A stretch of DNA of 64,000 nt from Octopus bimaculoides (taxonomy: Eukaryota): positions 85,830,611 through 85,894,610 of the forward strand of contig NC_068983.1 of assembly GCF_001194135.2 (NCBI RefSeq), read 5' to 3'. Below the pieces are notes generated by a model. The model made no database searches. It worked only from the letters and a program-made list of their open reading frames with translations, and was not told the DNA's origin. A program made the translations under genes and the position numbers. Position 1 is the first letter of the stretch. Each line of letters opens with the position of its first letter. Shown here piece after piece: positions 1 to 11,999 of this stretch.

Positions 1-584
1 GATGATGATGATGATGATATATATATATGGAGCTGCAGTCATAGGATTGCGGTTTCGATTCCCAGACCGGGTGTTGTGATTGTTTATTGAGCGAAAACAC
101 CTAAACCTTCACGAGGCTCCGACAGGGGGTGGTGGCAAACCCTGCTGTATTCTTTCACCACAACTTTCTCTTACTCTTTCTTCCTGTTTCTGTTTGACAT
201 GTTTTTCAAAGTGCCAGCCTTGTCATACTATGTCACACTGAATCAGTCCGACCTCCTCTTCCTCCCCCTTCCCCTTCCCACCCAACTCCTTCTCCCTCTA
301 TTGAGTAATATTGTCGAATGTAGTAACTTTGACAACCTGGGCCTCCTATGCTGAGTGTGCGAGTCACATCTTTCCTTTCGAACACATGAACAGTTCCAAA
401 ACATTGTTTACAAAATAATAGCTGGTCATTTGCGAAGGAGTGTGTCCACAGTTAACACATAGGATTTTTGCTTGGGTAAGTTTTCCTACTATATATCATA
501 CTACGACGTATAAAACAGTGAATGACATGATAGGCATGCATTAGATTACACATTAATTAAAATATAACAAAAGATTTTTATTCA

Positions 585-1195
585 TCGGGACTACCAGTAC
601 ACAAAATAACTTTGAAGAAGGGTTGTCCGATTATGCTGCTTCAGAATTTTGACCCAGCTAATGGACATTGCAACAGAACAAAATACACTGTTACGGAACT
701 TAACTCTCATGTCATCGAAGCAGTGATAGCAACTGGTTCTCACACTGGCAAATGCTTGTTTATATATCAGATACCTCTGATGCCTTCAGATAATCAGTAT
801 CCATTTCAGTTATGACGCAGGCAGTTTCCTATTAAATTAGCCTTCTCCTTTACAGTCAACAAGTCTCAGGGCCAGACTTCGGATCGCGTCGGTGTGTTTC
901 TTCCCTCTCCCATGTTCACGCATGGCCAGCTATACGTCACGATGAGTTGGGCAACGGATTCAGCTAATTTGAAACTTAGTTGTGGACAAACGGAGAATAT
1001 TGTTTACAAAGAGGTTTTGTAAAGATAGCACCATGAATGTGTTATGTAAATGTTTACACATATATTGTTCAATAAGGTACACTACATAGTTGGGCACTAT
1101 CAAATATAATGAATAAAAATAAGTACATTACAACTGAAATTGTCTCGATTTGCATCCTGCTCTCATCACCCATCGTTGATGGGTAAGTTTGCTAG
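585..1195 (+). mobile_element. Helitron 3' fragment: PIF1-like helicase C-terminus and intact 3' terminus
   Basis: LKKGCPIMLLQNFDPANGHCN...YPFQL*RRQFPIKLAFSFTVNKSQGQTSDRVGVFLPSPMFTHGQLYVTMS...NIVYKEVL* (612-1022). Subterminal hairpin CCCATC-GTT-GATGGG, then CTAG|T at 1192-1196. Confidence 0.92.
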
Positions 1196-1560
1196 TTTAT
1201 ATAAATATATATTGTTATATTTATATAATATATATATATAACATATTTATAAATATCTAGATATCTAATATATATATATCATATATACACATATATATCA
1301 GTATACTATTTACTATGTTTGTCATGGGTTTGTAACTATGAAAATGATTTATTATTCTTTTACTTGTTTCAGTGATTTGACCATGGCCATGCTGGAGCAC
1401 CGCATTAAAGAGTTTTTAGTCAAATAAATTGACCCCAGGACTTATTCTTTTTAAGTCTAGTACTTATTCTATCGGTCTCTAAGGCTGAACTGCTAAGTTA
1501 GAGGGACGTAAACACATCAATATTGGTTGTCACGCGATGGAGGGGAAACAAACTCAGACA

Positions 1561-1708
1561 CAGGTTTCTGTCTACCAAATCCACTCAAGTTTTTGGTCAG
1601 GCCGAGGCTATAGTAGAAGACACTTGCCCAAAGTGCCATGCAGTGGGATTGAACCTGGAACCATGTGGTTGGAAAGCAAGCTTTTTACCACACAGTCACA
1701 CCTACGCC
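1561..1708 (-). mobile_element. tRNA-derived SINE, family A (CORE-like 'gcaccttgggcaagtgtcttctactatagcc')
   Basis: A/B-box-like head plus CORE-like block. Other copies at about 3778, 8690, 9680, 12283, 15474, 18884, 21040, 22808, 24052, 25860, 26278, 42260, 49240 and 58105. Confidence 0.8.
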
Positions 1709-3289
1709 TATATTCCTAATAGTTTTTTTTTTTAAATAACAGTTGGGGACGATAAGCTGCCCAGTTTAACACTTACTACCTGGTCTATAAGTACCTTCAG
1801 TGCGGGTTATTATCTTACGAATGCTTTTTATGCAAACATTAATCTCTAGATGTCCAAGGTTGGGAACTAACAGCATTAGCACCATCAGTGTGGTAGGGTC
1901 TGCAAAGGTAAAAAGGCACTACCCCTGAAGCTGTTTAACAAATAGCCACTACATACATACATCAAAGTTACTTCACAGCAGCTTAGTTGATAAAGTGGTG
2001 GCTGAAGTGTTGATGGTTCATGTTTTTGTTTCACATATTCAACATTCAGATGTTGTAGGATATATATCATGGATATATCATTGTAATTTCTGTTATGAGC
2101 AATAACAGTTTGGTATGAATCATAACTTCTTTTGTTAGGCAGTGAGTTAAAATTCTACTGTCAAGCCGATGTCTCTTAGATGCACAAATCTTCTTTAGTG
2201 ACTATCCTGACAACCCACTGGGTTACAGAACTTATCATCACACTCACACACACCTTAGTTAAAAACCATTTGCTTTAGATGTTGGTGTGATATATTACTT
2301 ATACTTATCACTTCCTTTTTCTGTACACTTACATTCATTTTCTTCCATGCTTGTATTGGTGTGAAACATATTTTTACTGGAATACTGCAATACAGCTTCC
2401 CTGCTGAATTTCCTAACTATTGCTAACCACTTTATTGTAAACTAGAAGCAAAAACTGGATTTATCAATCAGGCAAACTGGACAGGGAAGGTAAAACCTTG
2501 TCGACTAGTAGTAGTAGTAGTAGTAGTAGTAGTATGGGGGCATGCGCTGGAATGGTTGTTGCTGCATCGACCATTTGTTGGTGATTCCCTACTCATGGCA
2601 GATGACACCTTTACACCACTCAAGTGACAACCCTCCAACCCATGGGTTTGTTTGTGTAGTCATTACTGATAAGGGTGTTATGGGGTTAGAGTGCAAATCC
2701 TACCTCAACCACTTTCAGATGCCTTTTACATTACGCAGAGGAAACATCAAGACTATTCTTTGGCATGGTGATCCCCACACAACACTAGAGCAACATGAAA
2801 TGAAGTGCTTCGCTTAAGAACACAACATGTAGCCTGACCCAGGAATTGAACCCACAAATGCTAGATCACGAATGCAACACCCTAACCACTAGGCCACGCA
2901 ACCCCATTTGTTGAACTCATAACCATAAGGTCAGTAGTCTGGAACCATGATGCCCCAAAGTCTTTTGAACGAGAGATACAGTAGATAGCAGCTGCCAAAG
3001 TAACAGACAACCAGTAAAAGCAGGAGTGTCCATGTCCTGTTACTGGATTGAGTTGATAAGCACTTAACACTCAACAACCAGCCTCTAAGTTGGTTCCATA
3101 AGTACATAGATACTGGATTGTTGTAACTAAGCAGTAACTGCATGGTCCAAGTGGGGAGTTTCAAAGGTGATCAAAGACATGCAAGCATCCTATCTAATAA
3201 AAGATTAGTCTCACATACTGCTAATAGACTGGAGGTAAGAACTGAACCAATAGATTGAATTTTTTTTTTGAAGGATTACGGCCAAATCT

Positions 3290-3482
3290 AACAGTTGGAT
3301 AAAGAAATGCCAAGTGATCCAAGGAGGAAAAATTGGCAGAAGAGGAAGGTATGAGAAGCGGTGAAGGAAGATTTCAGAAAACTGAGAAAGATGTGAAGAG
3401 GCAGCAAGACATTGTGTTTGAGACTCATCCAGTCCATGCAAACATGGAAAAAACAAAACAAATGTAAAATGATGATGATGTT
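3290..3482 (+). mobile_element. Degenerate RTE LINE 3' end
   Basis: Purine-rich GRRGR-like remnant, then the tail ccagtccatgcaaacatggaaaa...aaatgatgatgatg shared with the 21590 element. Confidence 0.5.
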
Positions 3483-5508
3483 GATCTGTTGGGACTTGAA
3501 CTATATACGCATCTCTTGCTGGGTGACCACTTTAATGATGATACCATACTTGAATTTGTGTACCTGATATTACAGTCACAGTATACAAAATAGTGGCTCC
3601 AGTTCTCTGAGGTTACTGGATTTCATCTCTTATCTTCAACTTGTTTCAGTCAGACTGTGAAAATGCTGGGGCACTGCCTTGAAGAATTTTTAGTTGACAG
3701 TCTCTTTTGCTGAAATGTTAAGTTATGGGGACGTAAACACACCAGCATTGACAAAAAGACACACACATATATATACAATGGGCTTCTTTCAGTTTCTGTC
3801 TATAAAATCCACTCACAAGGTTTTGGTTAGCCTGAGGCTATTTTAGAAGACACTTGCCCAATGTACCACACACTGGGATTGAACATGGAACCATGTGGTT
3901 GGGTAGCAAGCTTTTTACAACACCACCACACCTGCACCTACACAGCTAACACATACTTATTATATTTCTCCTATAAATAGTTCATGATTTAGATTTACTG
4001 TATCCTATCCATTTATCTGTCTCCTTATAGATTTCTTTCCTCACCCTCTCCATCCACCTGCACACACTTTCTCACTTGACACACACACACACACAAGATG
4101 CATATATGTTTACATCAATGCCATATATGTTTACACCAAACACACACATCAAGAAATAAGTTCATAGCTGTAACTAATGTGACTATAGAAATGCCTGTTG
4201 TGACCAAGGCCGTCATTTACCTCACTTATAGCTGTTTCCTCATTCAGCTATAGCAAATCATGTAGTCTTAGTAAATCTTAAACCCCACCCCCACAAACTA
4301 TACAAAAATACATCTGAATACACAGATTACAACATTTATATACAAAGCTTTGAAAAACAGATACGATAATTATTATTATTATTATAATGATGAAAACCTA
4401 CACCATAACGGATTTGCTGAAATTTAATTTTTGCTCTATATCCACCCATATTTTTTTTTTCTAAATTTAGTTATTTTAAATGAAGAAAAGAATTTTCTTT
4501 TAGATATCTCAATATTTACCAACAAGGAAACTAAAATAAAGAAGGAAAATGTTAAGAGTGACAAGAAGGGGTTTTTATTACTCAGTAAACTACAAGACCG
4601 TCTGGTCTGTCCTGAAGCAAAGAGCTAATAACAAAACCTACCAGCTTGACATCAATATTGGCATAACAACATTATGAAAATAGATGGTCTTCAGCAATAA
4701 ATATTACACACACATACTAAACAATATACATATTCACTCAGTCAGTCACTCACATTATCACTTTTCAACACACTCATCACACAGTCTCAACAGCTCTCTC
4801 ATTCATTAACATACAAGCAACTCCACACACACACCTAATAAATTACATACACACATCCATTCAATTACACAACTATTCTTTTATCCACTCATGCTACTCA
4901 TCAAACACATACACATAATCACAATATCACACATGCACATTTCACTGATATCCAAAAGATCTAAACACACACACACATAATTACAGAGCTAATAACAGTA
5001 AGTATCAAATGACAAATGGCTCAGGCTTTTGACTCACGACTAGGAGTGTGCACACACACACACACAATGCCATGACAGCATCAACGGAAAGTAAATTTTG
5101 TAACCATTTTGTTTGGGCTTCATAAAAAGTCTTTTTTCTCTTTCTCTTTTATATTTTATGGTTTAGTCAGAGGAGGAAGGGCAGGTCTTAACAACAGTTT
5201 TTCACGGTCTTGGAGACTGGAGACTAGTGAGGAAAAATGCATGAGTCATGAGTTGCTGCTGATCAAGATGTTGAATTACTCTCAGACTGGATTCATGGTG
5301 TGAATTGTTTACTGCAAAGTGGATTCCAGGTGCTAAACTGGATGAGGGATTAAATCTATTTTCCAAGAACAGGTACAATCCACCTGATTGGCACTTTTTA
5401 TGTGGTACCAACACTGGCAGGGTTACCTAGTAACTTGCAAGACAAGGAATTTTTGAAAGGAGAGGGGGCATTGGAGGTGATCTTGTGTCAGATGATGAAA
5501 GGTTAGAA

Positions 5509-5551
<43 letters not shown>

Positions 5552-5971
5552 CAGAGAGAGAGAGAGAGAGAGAGGTAACAAGAAAGAGGACAGAAACAGG
5601 TGTGCTGCTGTAAAGAAGATACTTGGTTACCTAGCCAGAGGGAAGAGCAAGATATATATATAATTATGTAGGCTAGGTAAAAATCCAAGCTGTGTTCTCT
5701 TGAAGGACATCTGCTTATTCCAGTATTTCCCCAACTGTCTATCTATAATACACTTGGTCACTAACTATGTATAAATGCTTCATCCAAATGTAAATTTTGT
5801 ATTATTTGATTCCCTGACTGAAAAATTTCTAATATGTTTATCTAATATGTACAACTTAGTGATTTATATTAGCAACACATTTGACCAATTTCAGTTCTGT
5901 CACAACATCAAAATCTCTTTCACCAGCAACAAAATACCATCCACTCTCACAAACACTGTTGTTACTTTTAA

Positions 5972-6265
5972 CCGTTTTGTTACCATATTTCTGTTGGAAC
6001 ACACTGTCTTTGTACCAATAAATTTTGAAAATAATAGATGAAGAATTTAGCAAAATTAACTTTTGATATAGACTTTTTATAAACTTTTAGAAATAGATTT
6101 TACATAAGCTTTTACATAAACTTTTTTTCAAATAAATTATTAACCTAGCATTTGGAATATAAATTAATATGAAGTTCTGATGGCTGGTTTAAATTTAGAT
6201 AATTTAAAAACAGGAAGTTTGTATTATAGAACCAGAGGCGGTCTCAGCGAGTTGGTAGCAAAAGA
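5972..6265. mobile_element. piggyBac-type MITE, family G
   Basis: TTAA-CCGTTTTGTTACC...GGTAGCAAAAGA-TTAA. Related copies at about 19841-20007, 32320-32460, 46757-46980 and 47034-47255. Confidence 0.7.
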
Positions 6266-6308
6266 TTAAATATTCAGGAAGATACTTTTGATATGAATGC
6301 TTCTACTG

Positions 6309-6362
<54 letters not shown>

Positions 6363-8246
6363 TATATAATTCCTTTGTTTTTCAGTTAATAACTTATACA
6401 TTGCAAACCAGGTTAAAACTGCAAATACAGAATATTGCAAGGTTGATTTAACAAAAAATCCATTACACTGCACAAGAAATAAATATTCTAAAATCAATTT
6501 GGAGCATTATATTTCATTAAAATCTGTTTCATAAAAATGCATTTAAATTAGCTTACAACAGCATGTAATCCCTGTTGTTTGAGTTCCAACCATATTTATT
6601 CTTCTCTTTGAAACATTGAATGTGAAACTATAAACGCTAAATGATGACCAGAAATGTTGATCTATGTTAATTTAAGTGCATTTTATAATACTTAAAAAAT
6701 AAATAACTAAAATCCTTGGTGGTTAATGCTCAAACCATTATTTGTAGATTATTTATTTTGATGTTTGTATATGTGTTTTTGACTTAATCAACTATATTAC
6801 TTCTCTTGTACATTGCAGCCACAATTGCATGCAGTTATTAAAAACAAAGAACCATGTTTGATAAAGAATACTTTCGTTAAAAGGTTAACCACCACCAAAA
6901 GAGATTAATAAAGTAAAGATAATATTTGAACCAAAAATATACCACCACCATCACACATCCATCCATCCATCCATTTTTCCAGCACAGTGTCTTGCCGCCA
7001 CTTGTTGCTATCCTTTGTCATCTGATACAGCCACCCACAACAGAGAAAAAGCAGTAATATTTGTTGTTGTGTAACTCATGTAATACATTTAATACATAAA
7101 TGAACTATAGGAAATTTTGTAAGGTTTCAATATAATAAAAGAAATCTGCTAAACTGACCACTTTCTACTGCTGTTTCAATACAATATCACTTTATATGTG
7201 AGGTATTAAGCATGAAATCCTTGATGTAAAATGATGGACAACTTCCTTTAGTTTTCAAAGCCTTTCACAAAAGCCAGTGTTTGTAGATAGATGAAAGACT
7301 GGGGGATAATGAGGAGCCTGGAGCTATCACAAACATGTGAACCAACTCATTAATCGACTTGCAAGAAACGAGAACCAAATCTTCTTCAAATCACACACAG
7401 TTAAAAGGAGGAAAAAAAAAAACCCCACATTGGATAGTGTAATGTAATCCTTGACACAAACTGCTAAAAAAAAAAATGACAGGTCAGTCATGCCTGGAAT
7501 GCCTTAGATTAAAGATCTGATTGATCACGATTGACTTGGGGGCTAAGCAACAACTACAGAGATTTCCACAGACATCCCCAGAGACAGCATTTACAGATAA
7601 GATTAAATTATAAGATTTGAGGAATAGTGGTACATTAAGATGTATATAGATGATGATATGAATGTTATCATTATGATAAATGTCTCTAATTGGATGAATA
7701 TATTGAAGCAGAGTTAATCAGATCACAAATGATACAAATAATAAATATAGAAATGACAGTTGCCTGAGATTCAAATCCTATATATATGCAGATTGACCCA
7801 GTCTTTCAATCTTTCACATCCTCCTCCAAGGGAGGACATGCACCAGTAGTATATGCACTGGTAAGGCAGTGAGCTGGCAGAATTGTTGGCATACCAAACA
7901 AAATGCTTAGTGGCATTTCGTCCATCTTTATGTTCTGAAATAAAATTCCACCAAGGTTGACTTTCATCATTCCGGGGTTGATAAAATAAGTACCTCCCCT
8001 GAAATGACTGGTCTTATGCCAAAATTTAAAACCAATATATACATTGGTAATATGGAGGGTCAATGTCATTGATATTCTTTGACCATCACTACCACTAACC
8101 ATCATAATTGTTTTAATGTCTACTTTTCTATGCTTGCATGGTTCATGCTGATATTGTGTTGGGGATAAAGTTTTCTATGATGGGATGCCCTTTGCAGTTG
8201 CCAACTCCTACCTGTGGTGCTTCCAGGTGAAGTAGTTATCTCTTAA

Positions 8247-8465
8247 CCCTTTAGTATTTAAACTGGCCATATCTGGCCAAAATATTTAATCTGTTTTATG
8301 TTTAAACTGACCAGATCCAGGCTCTCACACGTACCCTACAATGTTATTCTACATTAAGTAATTACACCATCAAGATCTTGAAGATATGAGATAATGCATG
8401 ATTAATTCAAATCAATGTGAATCAATAAGCATTATGTTTGATAGAATAATCTGAACACTAAAGGG
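8247..8465. mobile_element. piggyBac-type MITE, family F
   Basis: TTAA-CCCTTTAGT...ACTAAAGGG-TTAA; homologous to copies at 47714, 62294 and 63017. Confidence 0.85.
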
Positions 8466-9679
8466 TTAATTATTTAAACAACAAATGGACAGGATGTGTT
8501 TACATGGAGACAAATAAGACTGTATGAACGTGCCTTTTGTTTACAAATATTGCTCGACATATTGTGAAACCCAGACAAGATTTTGCAGCAGATTGCAAGC
8601 CAAGGATACCATCACCAGGGAGCGAACACACGTAAAGATGAGGGAAACATTCAATCATATAAACACATATAGATATAAATATACAAGCTTCTTTCAATTT
8701 CTGCCTATCAAGTTTACCCACAAGGCTTTTGCTGGGTCAGGGCTATATTAGATGTTTCCTTAAGATGTTATGCAATGGGATTGAACTTGAAACCATGTAG
8801 TCATGTAGTTGGGAAGAGGACTTTTTAACCAGTCATGCCAATAATAACTTCAGCGCAAGAAAAACATTATGGAAAAACTCCCCCGAAATATTGAGAATGG
8901 AAAACCCAGATGGGTAAGTAGCATGTAGAAATTACTGAAACCGCCATCCTGGTGCAGCAATTAACCAATTTGCTGGCGCCGTTGAGACAGACATCAGCAA
9001 CAATAGGAAGCTTCATCTGAAATCAGAAGAGCTGTCAATATGATGACAGGAAATTGGCATGAGCATTGCAGAAATGTCAACCACAAACTTCTTGATGGGA
9101 TTAGAAACATTTAAGTTTACATAAAAGTGTGTTTCTTTGTGTGCAGATGCATATGAGAAGGAGGAAATTTTTTTTCATGTTCCATGTAATTAAAAGTGAA
9201 TACTATGGGGATATTAACAAATTTATTAGTCAATCCAATATATGTGCCTTTTCTCTGCATGCATATTTCTAACCTAATCAGAGTGGAATAACTCAGAGTA
9301 ATTTTCTGTTTCTTTTGTGAGAATCAGTGATTTCATTTTTTTTACATCCATACAATTCTTTTCTTACTCTTGTATTGGACGAGTATAAAAACTGCACAGC
9401 CAACTGTACCCCACAATCACGGAGGATCTTTTTAGCTTTCATGTTTCACCCAACCATACAACACTACACTTATACATGTCATTGTAGTCAGGCTCTTACT
9501 TGGAGAACAATAGGGCCTTAAGATCCTAAGGCATGCAAGTTACAAGGCGATCATCAATGTTGCTGGTATCAGTGTTAGGGATGGTATCCAGAAGTAGAAA
9601 CAACACTAAAGTAAACACTGGTGCATGACAATCCTTCCACTCAGCAGACCCTGGCAAACTGTTCAACTCATGCTAAATA

Positions 9680-9825
9680 GGTGCAGGTGTGACTGTGTGG
9701 TAAGAAGCTTGCTTCCCAACCACATGAATCAGGGTTCATCCCACTGTGAGGCACCTTGAGCAAGTGTCTTCTACTATAGCCTTGGGCCAACCAAAGCCTT
9801 GTGAGTGGACTTGTTAGAGGGAAAC
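9680..9825 (+). mobile_element. tRNA-derived SINE, family A
   Basis: ggtgcaggtgtgactgtgtggtaagaagcttgcttcccaaccacatg...gcaccttgagcaagtgtcttctactatagcc. Confidence 0.8.
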
Positions 9826-9879
9826 CAACCCATGCCAGCATGGAAGGCAGACGTTAAATGATGATGATGATATATCTTA

Positions 9880-10070
9880 TATCATCATCATCGTTTAACG
9901 TCCGCTTTCCATGCTAGCATGGGTTGGACGATTTGACTGAGGACTGGTGAAACCAGGTGGCTACACCAGGCTCCAATCTGATTTGGCAGAGTTTCTACAG
10001 CTGGATGCCCTTCCTAACGCCAACCACTCAGAGAGTGTAGTGGGTGCTTTTACGTGTCACCTGCACGAAT
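9880..10070 (-). mobile_element. Young RTE-tail repeat, family B
   Basis: Near-identical reverse complement of the 29165 copy. Confidence 0.85.
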
Positions 10071-10224
10071 GTCAGTCAGACAATTTCTGTCTGTCTGTCT
10101 GTCTTTCATCATCTTGCTGCCCAAACCAGGGAACCAATCTTCAAACTTTGTATACCTGTTGAACTAACATCCAGTTCAATTATAGGCTAATTGGATTTCA
10201 ATAAAATTTGATAATGGACTGACT

Positions 10225-10550
10225 ACTAAATAAACTTTATTTTCATTTACATATTTACACTACAAAAATTTGCATCATAATCTTTTCTAAAGTCAACTTT
10301 TGTAAATATTTTATACCACAACAACGACATCACATTTTCTATGAGTGTGTACCTTTCCATTTCTCTATATGTTAAGAGGAAATACATTCACTCACTCTCT
10401 CTCACATGCACATATCATCATCCAAAAAAATAGGTGTATGCATGTGTATTTATGTATGTGTATACGAAAGATGTAAGACAGAGAGAGAGAGAGAGAGAGA
10501 GAGACTGAGTGGGTGCCACTTACACATACATGATACACACCTTCACTCAC

Positions 10551-10589
<39 letters not shown>

Positions 10590-11034
10590 TGTCCATTTTA
10601 GGTACACATACATCTTTAACTTTCTGCTCTCACTTCGAAGCAAATGTCAGTTTCACTTTCTCTTCTCTATGGAAATTAACGAATATACTTGAGAACTGAG
10701 TTGCCAATTTTGACATATGGGGTATCAAAAGATTCAGTAATCTATTATTGCTAACAAACAAACTTCATTTTCATTTACATATTTGTATTGCAAAAATTTA
10801 ACATTATAATCTTTCTATAATTCAACCATCCAAAACGACATTTTATATCACAACAATGATGACATCATATTTTCTATATGAGTGTGTACCTTAAAAGACA
10901 TCCATTTCTCTATGTTATGAGGAAATACAGTTGCTAACTTTCTCTCTCACATGCACACACACACATACATACAAAAAAGATGTATGCATATGTATTTATA
11001 TACATGTATATGAAAGATGTGTGTGTGCGTATGT

Positions 11035-11088
<54 letters not shown>

Positions 11089-11215
11089 ACCACTTATACA
11101 TGCAAAAAATACATACATAACAACACAAACCTTCACTCACTCTCTCACACACACAAATATGTCCATTTCATATACACATACATACATCTTTCACTTTCCC
11201 CTCTCACTTTAAAGC
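10225..11215. repeat. Diverged tandem duplication of a ~500-bp unit (about 10225-10640 and 10755-11215)
   Basis: Colinear blocks in both units: ttcatttacatattt, ttctatgagtgtgtacc, ccatttctctat, gaggaaataca, (AG)n, ccttcactcactctctc, tgtccattt. Confidence 0.8.
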
Positions 11216-11306
11216 ATAAAGAAATAAAAGAATTTTTATGCAAGTTAATGAATAATCATATGATCCCGTATGATCGAGATGACAACTTTCCTTTGGCACC
11301 CCCTAC

Positions 11307-11956
11307 NNNNNNNNNNNNNNNNNNNNNNNNNNNNNNNNNNNNNNNNNNNNNNNNNNNNNNNNNNNNNNNNNNNNNNNNNNNNNNNNNNNNNNNNNNNNNN
11401 NNNNNNNNNNNNNNNNNNNNNNNNNNNNNNNNNNNNNNNNNNNNNNNNNNNNNNNNNNNNNNNNNNNNNNNNNNNNNNNNNNNNNNNNNNNNNNNNNNNN
11501 NNNNNNNNNNNNNNNNNNNNNNNNNNNNNNNNNNNNNNNNNNNNNNNNNNNNNNNNNNNNNNNNNNNNNNNNNNNNNNNNNNNNNNNNNNNNNNNNNNNN
11601 NNNNNNNNNNNNNNNNNNNNNNNNNNNNNNNNNNNNNNNNNNNNNNNNNNNNNNNNNNNNNNNNNNNNNNNNNNNNNNNNNNNNNNNNNNNNNNNNNNNN
11701 NNNNNNNNNNNNNNNNNNNNNNNNNNNNNNNNNNNNNNNNNNNNNNNNNNNNNNNNNNNNNNNNNNNNNNNNNNNNNNNNNNNNNNNNNNNNNNNNNNNN
11801 NNNNNNNNNNNNNNNNNNNNNNNNNNNNNNNNNNNNNNNNNNNNNNNNNNNNNNNNNNNNNNNNNNNNNNNNNNNNNNNNNNNNNNNNNNNNNNNNNNNN
11901 NNNNNNNNNNNNNNNNNNNNNNNNNNNNNNNNNNNNNNNNNNNNNNNNNNNNNNNN
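11307..11956. other. Assembly gap (650 N); smaller gaps at about 31135, 34415, 37111, 38842, 42781, 52290 and 58268-58378
   Basis: Runs of n in the sequence. Confidence 1.

Positions 11957-11999
<43 letters not shown>

Noticed and set aside
8900-9030. Minus-strand acceptor giving DEASYCC* (Rab-like CC end)
   Set aside because: Seven residues with no supporting upstream exons; chance is likely.
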